A DNA stretch of 64,000 bases from Candidatus Uhrbacteria bacterium (GCA_023246355.1 JAHFIQ010000002.1:118229-182228), one strand, 5' to 3'. Counted from the first letter of the stretch, positions 29,794 to 38,384 are shown. Program-made: numbers and translations. The notes: generated from the letters alone by a model not told the origin.

Positions 29794-30399
29794 ATGAAGC
29801 TCTGCTCAGCCCCCAAATGTGGGGGGATATTCTACGCACGTGGGTTTTGTCGCAAGCACTACCAGCTATTTCGCCTGGCTGGCTTTCCAGAAGGTTGGAT
29901 GCCCAAGCGTCGCATTTGGTTTTGTTTGGTGCAGTGGTGCGATGAGGAAGTGACCACACGGGGATATTGCGCCGCTCACTACCAACAGTGGCGCCGGCGG
30001 GGGTATCCAAAAAACTGGAAGCCGAAGAAGCCTCGTGAGCCGATCTTGCTGTGCCTGGTCAGCGGCTGCGGTGAGCCGAAAAAAACCAAAGGTTTCTGTG
30101 ATCGGCACTACAAGCAATGGAGGAGGGGTCATCTGGAAGGCTTCACTCCACCAGCCGTTGTTCCTCACTGCAAGGTTCCCGAGTGCGAGGGCACGGTTAT
30201 CGGACAAGGGTTTTGTCGACGTCATTACAATCAGTGGCGTCGCAATGTGCTTGAAGGTTTCCCTCGCCCTGGCTTCCCCTTGTGCAAAGTTCCTTCCTGC
30301 GATGAGCCTGTTTACGGGTATGGATGGTGTCAGCGCCATTATCGTTTCTGGCGACGCCGTGGCTATCCCAAAGATCTGGATCCGAACACGTTAAGCTAA
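29794..30399 (+). CDS. protein composed of five tandem ~38-aa Cys3-His zinc-ribbon-like repeats
   Basis: CxxxxC-x8-G[FYW]CxxHYxx[WF]RR repeated 5 times. Confidence 0.6.
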   Translation: MKLCSAPKCGGIFYARGFCRKHYQLFRLAGFPEGWMPKRRIWFCLVQWCDEEVTTRGYCAAHYQQWRRRGYPKNWKPKKPREPILLCLVSGCGEPKKTKGFCDRHYKQWRRGHLEGFTPPAVVPHCKVPECEGTVIGQGFCRRHYNQWRRNVLEGFPRPGFPLCKVPSCDEPVYGYGWCQRHYRFWRRRGYPKDLDPNTLS

Positions 30400-30482
30400 C
30401 GCGCACTCCCTCGCATCCTGCGGGGATTTTATTTTGATGTTGACGTTTGTTCACCGGGGTGAAAAAAAGTCAGCGCGATCGT

Positions 30483-30511
30483 TTGACAGTCACCCGCGGA
30501 TCCATTATAAC
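30483..30511 (+). promoter_or_regulatory. near-consensus sigma70 promoter for tRNA-fMet (TTGACA-17-TATAAC)
   Basis: -10 ends 5 nt before tRNA 5' end. Confidence 0.55.
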
Positions 30512-30516
30512 TATGC

Positions 30517-30593
30517 CGCGGGGTAGAGCAGCCTGGCAGCTCGCTTGGCTCATAACCAAGAGGTCGCTGGTTCAAATCCAGCCCCCGCAACCA
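30517..30593 (+). tRNA. initiator tRNA-fMet (CAU), CCA encoded
   Basis: CGCGGGG...CCCCGCAACCA with C1:A72 mismatch; near-identical to E. coli tRNA-fMet backbone. Confidence 0.88.
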
Positions 30594-30596
30594 AAA

Positions 30597-30630
30597 ACAT
30601 TCGTGCACCGCACGGATGTTTTTGGTATTG
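30597..30630 (+). terminator. terminator-like hairpin after tRNA-fMet
   Basis: acattcgtg-caccg-cacggatgt followed by ttttt. Confidence 0.5.
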
Positions 30631-30687
30631 ACTTTTTTCATCCTTTTCCTTACTCTGGAGAACCTCCACTCATTCTTGGAGAACATC

Positions 30688-30969
30688 ATGCGATTGTTTT
30701 ACATCGGAACAGGCATTGTGATCTGTGCAGCGATCCTTCCTTACCCCCTCGTGCTGATGGGGGTCCCACATACCGCTGTTGCAGCGATTGTGACGATCGT
30801 GGGGGTCGGAGGATTCCTTCTGCAGATGTACGGGGCCTTCAAGATGCGTGCGGCTCATGAAAATACCCTCAAGCAGATGAGGAATCGCCACGAGGCCAAA
30901 ATGGCAGCGGCACAACGCCTTCCTGCCGCGCAAGCCATCCGCCTCCTCCTTCAACCAGACGACGACTAG
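30688..30969 (+). CDS. small membrane protein (hypothetical)
   Basis: 93 aa, two TM helices; ATG 30688. Confidence 0.3.
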   Translation: MRLFYIGTGIVICAAILPYPLVLMGVPHTAVAAIVTIVGVGGFLLQMYGAFKMRAAHENTLKQMRNRHEAKMAAAQRLPAAQAIRLLLQPDDD

Positions 30970-30972
30970 CTC

Positions 30973-31001
30973 CTCGCGCTCTAAGCGCGAGTTTTCTTTT
31001 T
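30973..31001 (+). terminator. rho-independent terminator
   Basis: ctcgcgct-cta-agcgcgag followed by ttttctttttt. Confidence 0.6.
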
Positions 31002-31003
31002 TA

Positions 31004-31037
31004 AACAAAAAACCAGTCACAAACGTCACTGGTTTTT
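31004..31037. terminator. A-run/hairpin/T-run, likely terminator for minus-strand tRNA genes
   Basis: aaaaaaccagtcac-aaac-gtcactggtttttt. Confidence 0.45.
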
Positions 31038-31114
31038 TGGTAGCTGGGGTGGGAGTCGAACCCACGACCTCGGGCTTATGAGTCCCACGCTCTAACCAAC
31101 TGAGCTACCCAGCC
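31038..31114 (-). tRNA. tRNA-Met (CAU) elongator type (tRNA-Ile2/lysidine not excluded)
   Basis: GGCTGGGTAGCTCAGTTGGTTAGAGC...CTCATAA...GGTTCGACTCC...CCA cloverleaf. Confidence 0.85.
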
Positions 31115-31155
31115 GTACTACCGAGCCCAAGCAGATCGCTTTTTTTCGAGCTGCG

Positions 31156-31242
31156 TGGTGGCCAGAGAGGGAATCGAACCCTCACATGGTTGCCCATACG
31201 GGATTTTGAGTCCCGCGCGTCTACCAATTCCGCCATCCGGCC
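31156..31242 (-). tRNA. tRNA-Leu (CAA), long variable arm
   Basis: GGCCGGATGGCGGAATTGGTAGACGC...CTCAAAA...87 nt with CCA. Confidence 0.85.
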
Positions 31243-31349
31243 ATAGGCGTCGAAATAGTAACAAAGACTCTTTTGTGTGTCCATCAACGTTCTGTTTGAT
31301 CAAGAGAAAACCCACCTGCTTGAAAGCGTTGGTGGGCAGCGTGCTGGTC

Positions 31350-31772
31350 TTAGCCAGCGGCAAGGATGAGCTTTCGCCTCGCAGCGGCCTCCAGTGGTTT
31401 TGGGGCAGGGGAGACAGCCACCATGGCTTCGGCCGGGTCGCCGGTCATGAAGCGCAGGAGCACCTCGATGTCAGGTGGGCTTGGGATCACGAAGATTTTC
31501 CAGAACTGCGGAGGCCCGAGTCGAGGAGCCACGATCACCTGTCCTTCTTGTTCTAGCGTCGTGATCGAGAGATCAAGACGCGCCTTGAGCTTCAAGGTGG
31601 TGAGCAGATCCTGCACAACGTTGGCGGGAAGCACGGCGTGCGTGTTGATCTCGTCGTGTTGTACGAAGCGGATGACCCCCGTTCCTCTGGGAGGTACATG
31701 GAGGAGAATCCCTTCAACCCCAATCGCTCGCGCTGATGCGAACATCTGGTTCATGAGATCCCTATTTTCCAT
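31350..31772 (-). CDS. hypothetical protein (weak resemblance to DUF151/bifunctional nuclease fold)
   Basis: 140 aa balanced composition; plus-strand overlapping ORF is S/R/C-rich junk. Confidence 0.35.
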   Translation of the reverse strand: MENRDLMNQMFASARAIGVEGILLHVPPRGTGVIRFVQHDEINTHAVLPANVVQDLLTTLKLKARLDLSITTLEQEGQVIVAPRLGPPQFWKIFVIPSPPDIEVLLRFMTGDPAEAMVAVSPAPKPLEAAARRKLILAAG

Positions 31773-31850
31773 CGACCCCTCCTGACTCCATCACCATGCC
31801 TGAAAAAAACCTTTTGGTCAAGATGGCTTCTGTGCTTAGACGATGTCAGG

Positions 31851-31856
31851 TATAAT
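31851..31856 (+). promoter_or_regulatory. TATAAT -10 hexamer upstream of parA
   Basis: 15 nt before parA ATG; no good -35. Confidence 0.3.
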
Positions 31857-31870
31857 GTCATTACTCGCTT

Positions 31871-32644
31871 ATGGCGCATATTATTTCGGTCGTCAATCAG
31901 AAAGGAGGTGTGGGGAAAACGACCACAGCGTTGAATTTGGCTGCGTATTTGTCCGAGCTGGGCAAGTATGTCTTGTTGGTTGATCTTGATCCACAAGCCA
32001 ACGCAACGTCCGGGCTCGGGTTGGATCACAAAACGCTTCCTGCTGGCGTGTACGAAGGGTTAATTGGAAGTCAGGCTGTCCGTGATCTCATCCGACGAAC
32101 CAATCACGAAGGGCTTCGGATTCTCCCTGCGACCCAAGCGTTGGCTGGAGCCTCGGTGGAATTGGTCAACATGGAAGAGCGTGAACATTTCTTGCGCAAG
32201 GCGCTTTTGGAAATCCGCAACGACTACGACTACATTTTCATCGACAACCCGCCGTCCTTGGGCATGCTCACCATCAATGGACTGGTGGCCGCTGATTCGG
32301 TACTCATTCCTGTGCAAGCTGAATACTTCGCGCTGGAAGGCCTCTCACAGCTCATGAATACCGTGAACTTGGTGCGCGAGAATTTGAAACCTACCCTTGA
32401 AATGATGGGCGCAGTCATCACCATGTATGATGGTCGCACGCGGCTTTCCAAAGAAGTTCTTGAAGAGCTCTATCGGTATTTTCCCGAGAAGATTTTTCGT
32501 TCAGTTATTCCTCGATCTGTGAGGCTGGCGGAAGCGCCTTCATTTGGGAAATCTATTTTTCACTATGATCCTTCCTCCAAAGCCGCAAAAGCGTACGAGC
32601 GGTTGGCGAAGGAATTTATTCTTCGCGAAGAAGGAAAATTATGA
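31871..32644 (+). CDS. parA: chromosome partitioning ATPase ParA/Soj
   Basis: KGGVGKTTTALNLAAYL deviant Walker A. Confidence 0.92.
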   Translation: MAHIISVVNQKGGVGKTTTALNLAAYLSELGKYVLLVDLDPQANATSGLGLDHKTLPAGVYEGLIGSQAVRDLIRRTNHEGLRILPATQALAGASVELVNMEEREHFLRKALLEIRNDYDYIFIDNPPSLGMLTINGLVAADSVLIPVQAEYFALEGLSQLMNTVNLVRENLKPTLEMMGAVITMYDGRTRLSKEVLEELYRYFPEKIFRSVIPRSVRLAEAPSFGKSIFHYDPSSKAAKAYERLAKEFILREEGKL

Positions 32645-33498
32645 GCGCACCATCCGTCTTAGGTCGAGGACTTGGATCCTTGATTCCACACAAACAAACA
32701 ATCACCGAACAAGTGATCCCATCCGCGCGCACAGAGGTGTTGGAAGTTCCCGTTGGGGATATCCACGAGAATCCGCGCCAGCCGCGCCAGCATTTTTCTG
32801 CTTCTGAACTTGAGGACTTGATTGGATCGATTAAAGAGCATGGCATCATGCAACCCTTGGTCGCAGTGCGAGACTCAGGGGACTTTGAGTTGATTGCCGG
32901 AGAGCGCCGTTTGCGTGCGGCCAGGACCTTGGGTTTCAAAACCGTTCCGGTAATTGTCCGCCGCGCGACAGAGCAACAAAAACTCGAGTTGGCCCTCATT
33001 GAAAATATTCAGCGACAAGATTTGAATGCGGTGGAAGAGGCCTTGGCCTATCGAGCGCTGACAGACGAATTTAATCTCACACAGGATGACGTGGCCAAGC
33101 GTGTGGGGAAAAGTCGTTCCAACGTTGCCAATATCCTTCGATTATTAGATCTCTCACCTGAAATGCTTGAGGCCCTGAAAGATGGGAGACTCACCAAGTC
33201 CCATGGCCGTACGCTTCTGGCTGAACCGGATGAAAAAAAGCGAGAAGCGTTATTTCAGCAGATGCTCTCGGGCGGAGTCAGTGTGCGAGAAGCGGAGGCA
33301 CGTGTGTCGTCTCATCCACGCCGAGCTTCTTCGACCACAAAAAAAGACCCGAACCTCTTAGCTCACGAAAAAAAGCTTCGCGAGATTCTTGGGACCAAGG
33401 TCGACATTAAAGAATCGGGTGGAAAGGGCAGTATTACGATCGCGTTTTATTCGCGAGAAGAACTTCTGTCTCTGCTGGATCAACTTTCAGGATTCTAA
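32641..33498 (+). CDS. parB: chromosome partitioning protein ParB/Spo0J
   Basis: GERRLRAA arginine patch, HTH, ENIQRQDL. Confidence 0.92.
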   Translation: MSAPSVLGRGLGSLIPHKQTITEQVIPSARTEVLEVPVGDIHENPRQPRQHFSASELEDLIGSIKEHGIMQPLVAVRDSGDFELIAGERRLRAARTLGFKTVPVIVRRATEQQKLELALIENIQRQDLNAVEEALAYRALTDEFNLTQDDVAKRVGKSRSNVANILRLLDLSPEMLEALKDGRLTKSHGRTLLAEPDEKKREALFQQMLSGGVSVREAEARVSSHPRRASSTTKKDPNLLAHEKKLREILGTKVDIKESGGKGSITIAFYSREELLSLLDQLSGF

Positions 33499-34976
33499 CG
33501 CCCCAGCATGCCAGCCAGCCAGCCAGTGACGCTGCGATGGGTGGCGTCTTTTATTTTATTGCGCGCATGGCGCGTTTTGACAAACTTGAGCCAATCCGTG
33601 TTCGGGCTGCGACGGTTTTTATCTGTGACGATGTCGACGATGTCCCCAGAGCGCAGCGGCGTATCCAAGTTACGCATGATTTCGTTGACGCGAGCTGCTG
33701 TGCATTTATTGCCCACCTCTGAGTGAATCGCATAGGCAAAATCCACGGGCGTGGCGCCTTCAGGTAAGTCGATGACATCCCCTTGGGGAGTGAAGACAAA
33801 GATGCGGTCCTTAAAGACATCGATCTTCATGACCTCCAGCTGTTCCATGAAGTCTTTTTTCGTTTCGAGTTCTTTTTGAATTTGGACGAGTTCATCCATC
33901 CAATGCGTGTGCTTCACGGGTTTGTGTGAACCTTCTTTGTATCGCCAGTGCGCTGCGATACCATACTCAGCCAGCTCATGCATCTCCATTGTGCGAATTT
34001 GAAACTCGACGATTTCTCCGTTATCGGTAAAGACGGTCGTATGCAGCGACTGATACCCGTTGGGTTTGGGTTGGGCGATGTAGTCTTTGATGCGGCCTGG
34101 AACCGGTCGCCACTGTTGATGCAACAGTCCCAAAACGGTGTAACATTCCTCGATGTCGCTCACGATGATGCGAATGGCGATCAGATCGTAGAGTTTGCTG
34201 AGGTCCCCTTGGTACCGGTTCAGTTTTTTGAATAGACTGTACAGGCGCTTGACTCGGCCGTGCACTTGGAAATCTGTGACGCCTGTTTGCGTTAAAAATT
34301 TTTCCACTTGGTCAATCACGCGGCTAACATAGGCTCCTTTTTCTCGCACCTTAATGTCCATGATGTTTTTCATTCGTTCGTACTCTTTGGGATACAAATA
34401 GGCAAACGAAGCATCCTCAAGTTCTCCCTTAAACTCACTCATGCCCAGGCGTCCAGCAATGGGGGCGAATATTTCGAGGGACTCGCGAGCAATGCGTTGC
34501 TGTTTATGTTTTGGTTGACCGTAGAGGGTTTCCAAATTATGGAGGCGATCAGCAAATTTCATGAACACCACTCGCACGTCGCTCGCCATGGCCAAAAACA
34601 TTTTTCGCATGTTTTCCGCGTAGCGTTCAGCGCCTCGATACTTGATGCCATGCTTGAGCTTGGTGACACTCTCAACCAGAGAGGCGATGTCGTCGCCGAA
34701 GGCGGTTCGAATCGTTTCGATCTTGACGTCGGAATCCTCTGCCACGTCATGCATGAGGGCCGCACAGATGACGTTTAGGTGCAGTCCCATTTCTGCCAGC
34801 TTGTAGGCAACGGCCACAGGGTGAGAAATAAAATCATGGCCCGTGAGTCGTTTTTCTCCTTCGTGCGCTTGGGCTGCAACACCATACGCACGACGCAGAG
34901 TAGCAAGGTCAGGGTTCTTGTAGGATTTTTTGACAAGCTGTTCAAGCTCATCGTAGGTGCGGACAATTTCTGTCAT
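33495..34976 (-). CDS. rel: short bifunctional (p)ppGpp synthetase/hydrolase Rel (HD + synthetase + TGS, no ACT/C-terminal regulatory domains)
   Basis: HD motif ALMHDVAEDSD, synthetase GRVKRLYSLFKK...IRIIV, TGS IFVFTPQGDVIDLP; start at ATG 34976 (track ORF extends into structured leader). Confidence 0.85.
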   Translation of the reverse strand: MTEIVRTYDELEQLVKKSYKNPDLATLRRAYGVAAQAHEGEKRLTGHDFISHPVAVAYKLAEMGLHLNVICAALMHDVAEDSDVKIETIRTAFGDDIASLVESVTKLKHGIKYRGAERYAENMRKMFLAMASDVRVVFMKFADRLHNLETLYGQPKHKQQRIARESLEIFAPIAGRLGMSEFKGELEDASFAYLYPKEYERMKNIMDIKVREKGAYVSRVIDQVEKFLTQTGVTDFQVHGRVKRLYSLFKKLNRYQGDLSKLYDLIAIRIIVSDIEECYTVLGLLHQQWRPVPGRIKDYIAQPKPNGYQSLHTTVFTDNGEIVEFQIRTMEMHELAEYGIAAHWRYKEGSHKPVKHTHWMDELVQIQKELETKKDFMEQLEVMKIDVFKDRIFVFTPQGDVIDLPEGATPVDFAYAIHSEVGNKCTAARVNEIMRNLDTPLRSGDIVDIVTDKNRRSPNTDWLKFVKTRHARNKIKDATHRSVTGWLAGMLGR

Positions 34977-34983
34977 GTATCTT

Positions 34984-35110
34984 ACAAGACTTGAGTGGCA
35001 CGGTGTCTGACCCTGATCGGCAGCGTAGCGCCAGCGAGCACCGGCAGGGTCTGCACCGTGACGAGGCTCAAGTCTTGTGTATGATTTCTCCACGATACTG
35101 CCGTGCCACG
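34984..35110. promoter_or_regulatory. highly structured intergenic element (95-nt imperfect hairpin plus alternative pairing segment)
   Basis: acaagacttgag/ctcaagtcttgt 12-bp outer stem, cacggtg/caccgtg and gaccctg/cagggtc inner stems; 35101-35109 ccgtgccac can alternatively pair with 34995-35003. Confidence 0.4.
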
Positions 35111-35184
35111 CGCATGTCAAAGCGTCGTTTGAATTGACAAAAGTCATTTTTTCTGCTACGCTAGCATCAATCTAAAATCAATCT

Positions 35185-35976
35185 ATGGCAGGATCGAGTG
35201 AAAGAGCAGCAGGGGAGCCAAGACGTGAACGACGTCCTTCTCTTGTTGTAGCGCGACGACCTCACATGACGGAAACAGGTGCACGACCTTCTGTCACGCT
35301 CGCTCCAGATACGGCAGCGGTCGAGGCAGCGCGTGAAGCTGCTGCGGCCAGGGCTGCTGCGGCTGAGGTGACAGAACCAAGACCAGGAACCGCTGTTGAA
35401 GTTCGCGATATTCCAGACGAAGAATTTGAAGACCTCCCTGATCTCGAAGACGAACAAGATCCTGATTCAGGATTTCTTCACTCCGTGGGCAAAGCGGCTG
35501 GCGCTGTCGCTGGTGTCGGTGCCGTATCTGGCATCACGGGGATCGCTCGTTTTGGGGCTGTAAAATCTTTGACGCTCGTCGATCGATTGGCCTTGAAGCT
35601 CAATAGTTGGGGGGACGGTCTCTTGAAAAAAGCGGACATGCCTTTCCCGTTTGGAACCCTTGCCTCGGTGACGGCCGGAGGACTCGATTGGGTTGTCGGT
35701 GCCCTTGCCAGCGAGAAGTCTCTTGCAGAACTTATCAAGAAAGAAAAAGAAGAACAGAAGAAGGCAGAAGACAAGGCTCTCGCGAAACTCCTTGACGATC
35801 AAAAGAAAATGGAAAAGAAACAAGACGATGCGGCCAAGAAAAAGAAAGAGAAAGAACAAAAAAAGAAAAAGTTACAAAAAGCATTTGGAAGGGATCAAGC
35901 CGATGCAATTGAGGAAGCCATCGAAGCAGAGGAAAAAGAAGAAGAACCGAAAGCCGAAGAAAAAGAAGCCGCATAA
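35185..35976 (+). CDS. hypothetical low-complexity protein (Ala-rich N-half, Lys/Glu-rich coiled-coil C-half); start uncertain
   Basis: 263-aa ORF; antisense frames are F/L-rich junk supporting this strand. Confidence 0.35.
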   Translation: MAGSSERAAGEPRRERRPSLVVARRPHMTETGARPSVTLAPDTAAVEAAREAAAARAAAAEVTEPRPGTAVEVRDIPDEEFEDLPDLEDEQDPDSGFLHSVGKAAGAVAGVGAVSGITGIARFGAVKSLTLVDRLALKLNSWGDGLLKKADMPFPFGTLASVTAGGLDWVVGALASEKSLAELIKKEKEEQKKAEDKALAKLLDDQKKMEKKQDDAAKKKKEKEQKKKKLQKAFGRDQADAIEEAIEAEEKEEEPKAEEKEAA

Positions 35977-36025
35977 AACGAGCCTCGCCCATAGGCTACG
36001 GCCGAGGGCCTACGCTCGTTTTTGC
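35977..36025. terminator. bidirectional terminator between convergent genes
   Basis: aaaacgagcctcg...cgagg...gctcgttttt. Confidence 0.5.
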
Positions 36026-38322
36026 TTTTTGCCTCGTGCGAATCTTGATGGTCCGCGCGCTCGTTTTTTTGCGAGGATGTCGATCGCGACGTCTCTGGTG
36101 ATCTCTTCAGGGTTCCATTTTTTTCCAATCGAGGCATTGGTCGTGCCGTCAGTGAGATAGGGACCGAAGCGACCAGTCTTCAAGAGGATCAAACCTTTTG
36201 AATCAGGATCCTCCCCAAATTCTCCCAGCGGCGTTTTCATCTTTTCTTTGAGCTGCTTGGATTCTTTCAGCAAAGCTTTTGCTTCTTCAAGTGTGACCGT
36301 GAGCGGGGAAAGAGGTTCCTTGATGGAGGCATAGACATCCCCGGCTTTTGCATACGGACCGAACCGTCCCACAGCAACCGTGATCGTCTCGTCCTCATCG
36401 GTTACTCCCAATGTTTTTGGAAGTGACAGACAGGCGAGCGCCTGTTCAAGCGTCACAGATTCAAAATGCATGTCCTTCATGAGGCTTGCACTGTGAGGCT
36501 TGGCTTTTCCCGCGTCCTTATCGGCTTTGGTAAATTCTCCGAGCTGAACAAAGCCGCCAAAGCGTCCGGTCTTCGCGATCACAGGCAGGCCCGTTCTGGG
36601 ATCCGTTCCCAGAACTTTGTCAGGCATGATGTCCTCGCGCTTGACCTCCTTTGTTTTTTCCTCAAGCGTTTTGTGAAACGGCGTATAAAAAGCCTGTAGG
36701 GTTGGGACGAGCTTGGCATCACCGTCGGCGATTTCATCGAGCGTGGATTCCATTTTTGCCGTGAACGCGTAGTCGATGATGGAGGGGAAGTGGTTCACCA
36801 AAAGATCGGTGACGATCATGGCAATGTCTGTGGGCGCGAGTTTTTTGTTTTCATCGCGCTCAACATAGCCACGATCGATAATGGTGGAAATGGTCGGGGC
36901 GTAGGTGGATGGGCGACCAATGCCAAACTCCTCCAAGGCTTTCACAAGAGTGGCATCTGAATAGCGAGCGGGTGGTTCGGTAAAGTGTTGTGTGGGAAGA
37001 ATCATTTTCGTTTGGACTTCTTCACCCTCTTGCAGATCCGGCAGAATTTTTTCCTTGGCTGATTGATAGACTTTCATGAATCCATCAAAGGCGACTGAGC
37101 TGCCGTTGGCACGGAAAAGGTAGGTGGATGAGGTGGATAAGGTGGCTGAGGTGGTTAAATCAACAGTCGTGCGATTGAGCTCGGCTGAGGGAAGTTGAGA
37201 AGCAAGCGTGCGTCGCCAGATCAGGTCGTAGAGTTTCCAGGCGCGTGGCTCGAGCTCTGAGCGTAGCGTTGCCGGTTCTACATCCACACTCGTCGGACGG
37301 ATGGCTTCGTGGGCTTCCTGGGCGCCGGCTTTGGCCGTTTTGTAGCGCTTGGGACCTTCAGCGTAGCGTGAACCAAAATGCGACTGGATATAGGTTTGCG
37401 CTTCACCCAAAAATTTCTCGGCAAAGTTCATCGAGTCGGTACGCATGTAGGTGATGCGACCCGTTTCGTAGAGTTGTTGCGCCAGCCGCATGGTTTGCTT
37501 GGCGCTCATGCCGAGTTTTGTGTTGGCATCGATTTGGAGGGTCGAGGTGGTATACGGTGTTGGTGGCGCGCGCTTCACGAGTTTCTTTTCTACGGCCGTG
37601 ACCTTCATGGAAGACCCAGCAAGATCCGTGACAATTTTTTCTGCCTCCGCCTGCGTCTTGATTTCAAGCTTGTCGATTTTTTTTCCATCGCGGGTTTCGA
37701 GTTTGGCAGGGAAGTCGAGCCCTTCTTTTGTGAGTGTTGCATCGATCGTCCAAAATTCATCAATCTGGAACGCACGTCGTTCCCGTTCGCGATCGACCAC
37801 CAGGCGCATGGCAACCGATTGCACGCGACCCGCAGAAAGTCCGCGACGAACCTTGGTCCACAAAAAAGGGGACAACTCGTATCCAACAAGGCGATCCAAA
37901 ATGCGGCGCGCTTGTTGGGCATCGACCAAATTCAAATCAATGTGCCTGGGATGCGCCACGGCCTCATCAATCGCATGCTTGGTGATTTCATGAAACGTGA
38001 TGCGTTTGGCTGTTGCCTCATCCAGTCCCAGTGCTTGCGCCAAATGCCACGCGATGGCTTCTCCTTCACGGTCTTCGTCCGTCGCCAAGTAAACGTCATC
38101 GGCTGCTTTCACCGCGGCCTTGAGTTCTGTGACATGGGGTTTGCTCTTGGGAGGAATCGTGTACGTCGGTTCAAAATCGTGCTCCACATCCACACCCAGT
38201 TTGCTCTTGGGTAAATCGCGGATATGACCAAACGAAGAGAGCACGCGGTACTCGCCGCCGAGATATTTTGAAATGGTTTTTGCTTTCGTCGGGGACTCGA
38301 CGATGAGAAGTTTGGAAGGCAT
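36010..38322 (-). CDS. topA: DNA topoisomerase I
   Basis: MPSKLLIVESPTKAKTISKYLGG Toprim start; 770 aa with Zn-ribbon region and K-rich tail. Confidence 0.95.
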   Translation of the reverse strand: MPSKLLIVESPTKAKTISKYLGGEYRVLSSFGHIRDLPKSKLGVDVEHDFEPTYTIPPKSKPHVTELKAAVKAADDVYLATDEDREGEAIAWHLAQALGLDEATAKRITFHEITKHAIDEAVAHPRHIDLNLVDAQQARRILDRLVGYELSPFLWTKVRRGLSAGRVQSVAMRLVVDRERERRAFQIDEFWTIDATLTKEGLDFPAKLETRDGKKIDKLEIKTQAEAEKIVTDLAGSSMKVTAVEKKLVKRAPPTPYTTSTLQIDANTKLGMSAKQTMRLAQQLYETGRITYMRTDSMNFAEKFLGEAQTYIQSHFGSRYAEGPKRYKTAKAGAQEAHEAIRPTSVDVEPATLRSELEPRAWKLYDLIWRRTLASQLPSAELNRTTVDLTTSATLSTSSTYLFRANGSSVAFDGFMKVYQSAKEKILPDLQEGEEVQTKMILPTQHFTEPPARYSDATLVKALEEFGIGRPSTYAPTISTIIDRGYVERDENKKLAPTDIAMIVTDLLVNHFPSIIDYAFTAKMESTLDEIADGDAKLVPTLQAFYTPFHKTLEEKTKEVKREDIMPDKVLGTDPRTGLPVIAKTGRFGGFVQLGEFTKADKDAGKAKPHSASLMKDMHFESVTLEQALACLSLPKTLGVTDEDETITVAVGRFGPYAKAGDVYASIKEPLSPLTVTLEEAKALLKESKQLKEKMKTPLGEFGEDPDSKGLILLKTGRFGPYLTDGTTNASIGKKWNPEEITRDVAIDILAKKRARGPSRFARGKKQKRA

Positions 38323-38362
38323 GTAGTCTACAAGCTACAAGTGATAGAACAGAACGTCAAGA

Positions 38363-38384
38363 CACGTCGTTCGCGAACGACGTG
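38363..38384. repeat. perfect 22-bp palindrome cacgtcgttcgcgaacgacgtg between dprA stop and topA start
   Basis: flanked by direct gtcaag repeats. Confidence 0.6.

Noticed and set aside
31366-31785. 139-aa plus-strand ORF opposite the 31350..31772 gene
   Set aside because: Ser/Arg/Cys/Thr-rich low-complexity translation; minus-strand frame has protein-like composition
34984-35078. Long hairpin as small SRP (4.5S) or 6S RNA
   Set aside because: No GGAAGCAGCC-type domain IV motif or 6S central-bubble architecture recognisable by eye; kept only as unclassified structured element
35467-35992. Minus-strand ORFs (130 aa, 98 aa, 85 aa) opposite the K/E-rich gene
   Set aside because: Phe/Leu-rich mirror translations of a Lys/Glu-rich coding strand
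37378-38214. 278-aa plus-strand ORF inside topA
   Set aside because: Antisense to an unambiguous topA; Arg/Gly/Phe-rich
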